64,000 bases of DNA from Macrostomum lignano. Lineage: Eukaryota. Shown here in pieces: positions 58,595 to 64,000 of this stretch (position 1 is the first letter of the stretch; each line of letters opens with the position of its first letter). Under the pieces are notes generated by a model. It had not been told where the DNA came from and searched no databases. It was given only the letters and a program-made list of their open reading frames with translations. Made by a program: the position numbers and the translations under genes. Where the stretch lies: assembly GCA_002269645.1 (NCBI GenBank), contig NIVC01002061.1, positions 1 to 64,000 on the forward strand. The letters are read 5' to 3'.

Positions 58595-60715
58595 ATACCG
58601 CGACCCCCTGTGCGCAACAGCGGCAAGACCAAGCGAGGGAGCGAGGGCAGCGAAGCGAGAGCCGGCGAGTTGAACGTCGGCGTGAGCAGCGAAACCGGTG
58701 AGGTCGGCAACGTACATATATATGTACGTCTGCATGGTTTCGCCCGTCGAGCTGCTGCTTCCTTGGCCAATCGGATCTTCCGGGTGGCGCCGGCCGGGGA
58801 CCGTGAGGCTCACTGTCATCGAGACCCAGCCGTACCACAGGGCCTGCTTCTCGGGTCAGGACGCTGAACTCTGCCGCACTCTCAAGGCCGCCTGGTGGAG
58901 AGGGCTGCTGCTGCAGCGCAGCTAGCGCTCAACCTCAGATGCAATGTCATCTCGCTGCAAGAGGTGTCCATCAGGGCCGACTCGGGAATTCACTGTGAGG
59001 ACCTAGACACCGGCTGGACCCTCTGGTAACACGTCGGCGGACCAACGAAGCCGTGGAGGAGTTGGAGCGCTGATCGGACCGAGGCTGCAGCAGAGCTGTC
59101 GTCGCTACATCTCCCTGTCTGACCGGCTGCTTCGGGTCGACGTGGCCGGCTTCGCTCTGAGGCTGCTGAAACGATCTGAGGCTGCCACCGGAGACACCGT
59201 TGCCGGTAGAGGAGAGTTTTAATGTAGCCCCAGTCAGCACAGCCGACGTTGTGAAGCTTGCCCCAACAGTCACCGGGCGGGAAAGCGCTGGGTTCGGACG
59301 AGGTGCCCATCGAGGCGCTGCGACTTCACTGTGTGGCCAGCGAGGTCGCCAGTGTGATGAACCGCGTGCTTTTCGGTGAGGCGGCACCCAACTAATGGAC
59401 CACGGCGCACATCGTCGCTATTCCGAAGAAGCCGGGCACCACACGGCTTGAGGAGCATCGAGGTATCTGCCTGCAGTCCTGCGCTGCGAAGCTGTTCAAC
59501 CGGATGCTACTATCGCGGTTGCAGCCGGCCGTGCTGGATCCGTACCTGCGTCCTGAGCAGAACTGCTTCTGGCCCCATCGCGGCACAGTGGCGCAGACCC
59601 TGGCTCTTCGCCGAGTCATTGAGGAAGCTCGGACCCGCCAGTCGAGCCTGATTGCTCTCTTATTGACTTCAGGAAGGCCTTCGACTCGGTCGTGAGGGCC
59701 GTGCTCCCAATGGTGCTTCGTGCATACAACGTGCCAGAGCAGCTGATCTCCGCCATCATGGCGCTGTATCACGGCACGAACGCTGCTTTCTTTGAGGCGT
59801 CCTCTGGGGTGCTTCAGGGAGATCGCTTGCGCTGTTCCTGTTCGTCCTGGTACTTGACTGGGTGCTGCGGACTGCTCCGGCCCTTCTAACGACGACGGCT
59901 TCCTGTTGCAGCGACGCGTAGGTCGACTCCAACCGGAAAGGAGGCTCAGCGTGCTGGGCTACGCCGATGATCTCGCCCTGCTGTCCTCGACTGTCGAGGG
60001 TACCCAACGCCAGTTGGACCGGCTGGTGAGTGTCGCGGCGAGTGTCGGCCTGGTTTTCAACACGCAGAAGACCGTCGACCTCTGCGTGCTGGATGACATC
60101 GAGGCTGCAATTTTCTGCCGAGGCGGCGATGGACAGGTGACGAAGCTTCCGTGCTATCAGCGGTTCGTCTACCTCGGCGGTCTGGTGCCTGCATGACGTT
60201 TGCGAGGACCTGCCGTGCACTTGCCTGGGCTGCCTTCCGTTCCGCGAGGCTTGTCCTGCAGTCCGAAGCCCTGCCCGACCGCCAAAGTTTCCGGCGGTGA
60301 TCGAGACCGTCCTGTTGTACAACGCCGAGACCTGGAAGCTGACGGATGCGCTCGAACAGCTGGTCGATGCGGCGCACGCTGGCCTGCTGCGCGCCGCTTT
60401 CAAGATCGGCTACGAGCGAGTCGCCGTTGTAGCACTCTATCGCCGCACCGGCTTGTCCCGTCCCAGCGAACTATTGCGCCGTCGGCGACTCCAGCTGGCA
60501 GGCCATTTCATTCGAGCCGAGTTGTACTGCCCACAGCCGGTGCAGGAGGTGCTGCTGCTGACGCTACAGGCACCCTACCGGCGGGGGCAGGCGCGTTTCG
60601 TCAACTGCCTGTTGGCTGATGTCGGCGCCCCAGACACTGACGGCGGTGCGGCCTACGTTCGCGACCAGGCCTTGAAACGCGCCTTTGTGACGTTGTCTGC
60701 TGACTGACTGACAAC
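58595..60715 (+). pseudogene. 5'-truncated, multiply frameshifted RTE-like non-LTR retrotransposon reverse transcriptase
   Basis: Across frames: IVAIPKKPG...HRGICLQSCAAKLFNRML, EQNCF...RGT, DFRKAFDSV, GVLQGD, LGYADDLAL, GL..N..KT, FVYLG, LLYNAETW.LT, AGH.IR; short (ctga)n and T-rich tail. Confidence 0.9.
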
Positions 60716-60799
60716 GTATTTTTTTGGGTTGTTGTTATCCTCTCAAGCTTTTTCCCGCCTTGTTACGTAATTCCCCATCATAAATTATGAATTTTCTAC

Positions 60800-61025
60800 G
60801 CCGCCCCACCCCAACTCTCGTCCAATCGCAGCGCGGCTTGTGTAGGTGACGTCATCAGGTTTGCCTTTGGTAACGGAAGTCATGGGGAAAGGTAACGGCC
60901 TTCAAAATCACGCATCCCGCTGACGTGATGGATTGGCGCGTGATTTTAGGGCTAAATAAATAATACATACATGTGTACATGTAGCTAGGAGCCCAGAACG
61001 GCAAAATTGGTATGACTTCCGGTTG
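60800..61025. promoter_or_regulatory. Cluster of promoter-like motifs: GC box, CCAAT (both orientations), two CRE-like sites, two ETS sites
   Basis: ccgcccc (~60801), ccaatc (~60822), tgacgtca (60847), cggaagt (60874), tgacgtga (60921), gattgg (60931), acttccgg (~61016). No linked gene identified. Confidence 0.3.
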
Positions 61026-61784
61026 TTTTTGGTGTTTGTTTTCCCTCGAGACCAACCTTCAGTAATTCTTAGGACTCAGTATCCGTACCGGCGATCTCCC
61101 TTTGAGACCAAATCAATTTCCCCTAAACACTTTGATTGCTCCCATATGCCATGCAGATCCTTATGCGAGGATCTTCCCAATGGTCATCACGTTGAGTCAG
61201 CCGCCCGTGACCATCCGGACAGCCGTAAGTGTTAGCTAAAGATATTTTCCTCCATTGCGTTGTCTTGGGGTATTGTCATGCAGCCAATTAAGGTCTCCAC
61301 CCCGTACCATTTGCTCACGTACCATCTTCTGATATTCATTATTCTTACTCCCCTCTGACTGTTAGTGCCATGCAAGTTCAGGTTCAGAAATTCATGGCAT
61401 ATTAGCCATTCAAATATACCATTTTGCAGCCTAGTCAATACTATAGTGCTCTCTCTACTCACACTTCATGCAACGATTAATGGCAAATGAGAAAATAGAC
61501 AGAAGCAGATAAATCTTTATGCCATGAATCGTGGCATAACGTGTGAGTAGAGTGCGCCTGTCGCAGGACATGGAATAGAAGCTGAGGATCAAAGTCCAAA
61601 ATCAACGAGTGTGAACCGAGTACATCCAAATAATGATTTCAGTAAGTACATGTTTTTTCTTAACTCCCTGCAAGATGCGCACCATTGAGAGAGCTCTGGG
61701 ACCTGCGGCTGCACTTTCCCATCCATTTCTGCATCGAGCGGCCATATCTAGAATAGTACATGTAGAATAGGCTCAATTTTAGCG

Positions 61785-64000
61785 CCGCGGGCACCATTTT
61801 AGCGCCGCGGGGACCATTTTAGCGCCGGAGGCACCATTTTAGCGCCGGAGGCACCATTTTAGCGCCGGAGGCACCATTTTAGCGCCGCGGGCACCCTTTT
61901 AGCGCCGCAGGCACCCTTTTAGCGCCGCGGGCACCCTTTTAGCGCCGAAGGCACCATTTTAGCGCCGCAGGCACCATTTTAGCGCCGCAGGCACCCTTTT
62001 AGCGCTGCGGGCACCCTTTTAGCGCCGAAGGCACCATTTTAGCGCCGCAGGCACCATTTTAGCGCCGCAGGAACCATTTTAGCGCCGCGGGCACCATTTT
62101 AGCGCGGCAGGCACCATTTTAGCGCCGCAGGAACCATTTTAGCGCCGCAGGCACCATTTTAGCGCCGCGAGAACCATTTTAGCGCCGCGGGCACTATTTT
62201 AGCGCTGCGGGCATCATTTTAGTTCGCGGGCACCATTTTAGCGCCGCGGGCACCATTTTAGCGCCGCAGGCACCCTTTTAGCGCCGCGAGAACCATTTTA
62301 GCGCCGCGGGCACTATTTTAGCGCTGCGGGCATCATTTTAGTTCGCGGGCACCATTTTAGCGCCGCGGGCACCATTTTAGCGCCGCAGGCACCCTTTTAG
62401 CGCCGCGAGCACCATTTTAGCGCAGCGGGCACTATTTAAGCGCCGCGAGCACATTTTAGCGCCGCAGGCACCATTTTAGCGCCACGGGCACTATTTTAGC
62501 GCTGCGGGCATCATTTTAGTTCGCGGGCACCATTTTAGCGCCGCGGGCACCATTTTAGCGCCGCAGGCACCATTTTAGCGCCGCGAGAACCATTTTAGCG
62601 CCGCAGGCACCATTTTAGCGCCGCGAGAACCATTTTAGCGCCGGAGGCACCATTTTAGCGCCGGAGGCACCATTTTAGCGCCGGAGGCACCATTTTAGCG
62701 CCGCGGGCACCATTTTAGCGCCGCAGGCACCATTTTAGCGCCGCGAGAACCATTTTAGCGCCGGAGGCACCATTTTAGCGCCGGAGGCACCATTTTAGCG
62801 CCGGAGGCACCATTTTAGCGCCGCGGGCACCCTTTTAGCGCCGCAGGCACCCTTTTAGCGCTGCGGGCACCCTTTTAGCGCCGCAGGCACCATTTTAGCG
62901 CCGCAGGCACCATTTTAGCGCCGCAGGAACCATTTTAGCGCCGCAGGCACCATTTTAGCGCCGCAGGCACCATTTTAGCGCCGCAGGAACCATTTTAGCG
63001 CCGCAGGCACCATTTTATCGCCGCAGGAACCATTTTAGCGCTGCAGGCACCATTTTAGCGCCGCGAGAACCATTTTAGCGCCGCGGGCACTATTTTAGCG
63101 CTGCGGGCATCATTTTAGTTCGCGGGCACCATTTTAGCGCCGCGGGCACCATTTTAGCGCCGCAGGCACCATTTTAGCGCCGCGAGAACCATTTTAGCGC
63201 CGCGGGCAGTATTTTAGCGCTGCGGGCATCATTTTAGTTCGCGGGCACTATTTTAGCGCCGCGGGCACCATTTTAGCGCCGCAGGCACCCTTTTAGCGCC
63301 GCGAGCACCATTTTAGCGCAGCGGGCACTATTTAAGCGCCGCGGGCACCATTTTAGCGCCGCGAGCACATTTTAGCGCCGCAGGCACCATTTTAGCGCCA
63401 CGGGCACAATTTTAGCGCCGCAGGCACCATTTTAGCGCCGCAGGCACCAGTTTAGCGCCGCAAGCACCATTTTAGCGCCGCAGGCACCATTTTAGCGCCG
63501 CAGGCACCATTTTAGCGCCGCGGGCACCAGTTTAGCGCCGCAGGCACCATTTTAGCGCTGAAGGCACCATTTTAGCGCTGCGGGCACCATTTTAGTTCGC
63601 GGGCACTATTTTAGCGCCGCAGAAACCCTTTTAGCGCCGCGGGCACCATTTTAGCGCCACAGGCACTCATTTTAGCGCCGCGGGCATCATTCGCGCGCAC
63701 CATTTTAGCGCCGCGGGCATCATTCGCGCGCACCATTTTAGCGCTGCGGGCACCATTTTAGCGCTGCGGGCACTATTTTAGCGCTGCGGGCACCATTTTA
63801 GCGCTGCGGGCACCATTTTAGCGCTGCGGGCACCATTTTAGCGCTGCGGGCACCATTTAAGCGCCGCGGGCACCATTTTAGCGCCGCGGGCACTATTTTA
63901 GCGCCGAAGGCTTCATTTTAGCGCCACGGGCATCATTTAAGTTCGCGGGCACCATTTTAGCGCCGCGGGCACCATTTTAGCGCCACAGGCACTCATTTTA
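61785..64000. repeat. 20-bp GC-rich satellite (ggcaccattttagcgccgcg), >100 copies, runs off the right edge
   Basis: Direct reading; some higher-order blocks of variant units recur. Confidence 0.97.

Overview
Eukaryotic (metazoan) genomic DNA. GC-rich Ala/Ser-rich exons, kilobase minisatellites and AT-rich spacers resemble the flatworm Macrostomum, but the species is a guess. All recognisable host genes lie on the minus strand: TBC1D20 (first two exons), a 549-aa acidic low-complexity ORF, two intronless C-type lectin + PAN paralogues, a Tyr/Ser-rich single-pass membrane protein, a 95-aa membrane protein, an SRSF4/5/6-type SR protein and ESS2/DGCR14. The largest mobile element is an apparently complete 9.36-kb EnSpm/CACTA (CMC) DNA transposon (31708-41066; CCC...GGG termini, 2-bp TC TSD) inserted in a 24-bp minisatellite. 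It carries an intact transposase ORF and a spliced second gene of DUF4806 type. Also present are three MITE families with 8-bp TSDs, two copies of a tRNA/CORE-like SINE, decayed RTE and R1/LOA-like LINE fragments, long palindromes and about 14 tandem arrays. The most striking unexplained pattern is a mosaic of CpG-rich blocks (exons, young elements) and CpG-free, TpA/AGGCCT-rich blocks. Copies of one MITE family show graded C-to-T decay, consistent with repeat-targeted methylation/deamination or a RIP-like process. No rRNA, true tRNA or CRISPR array was found. Exon, TIR and TSD coordinates were counted by hand; array ends are approximate.
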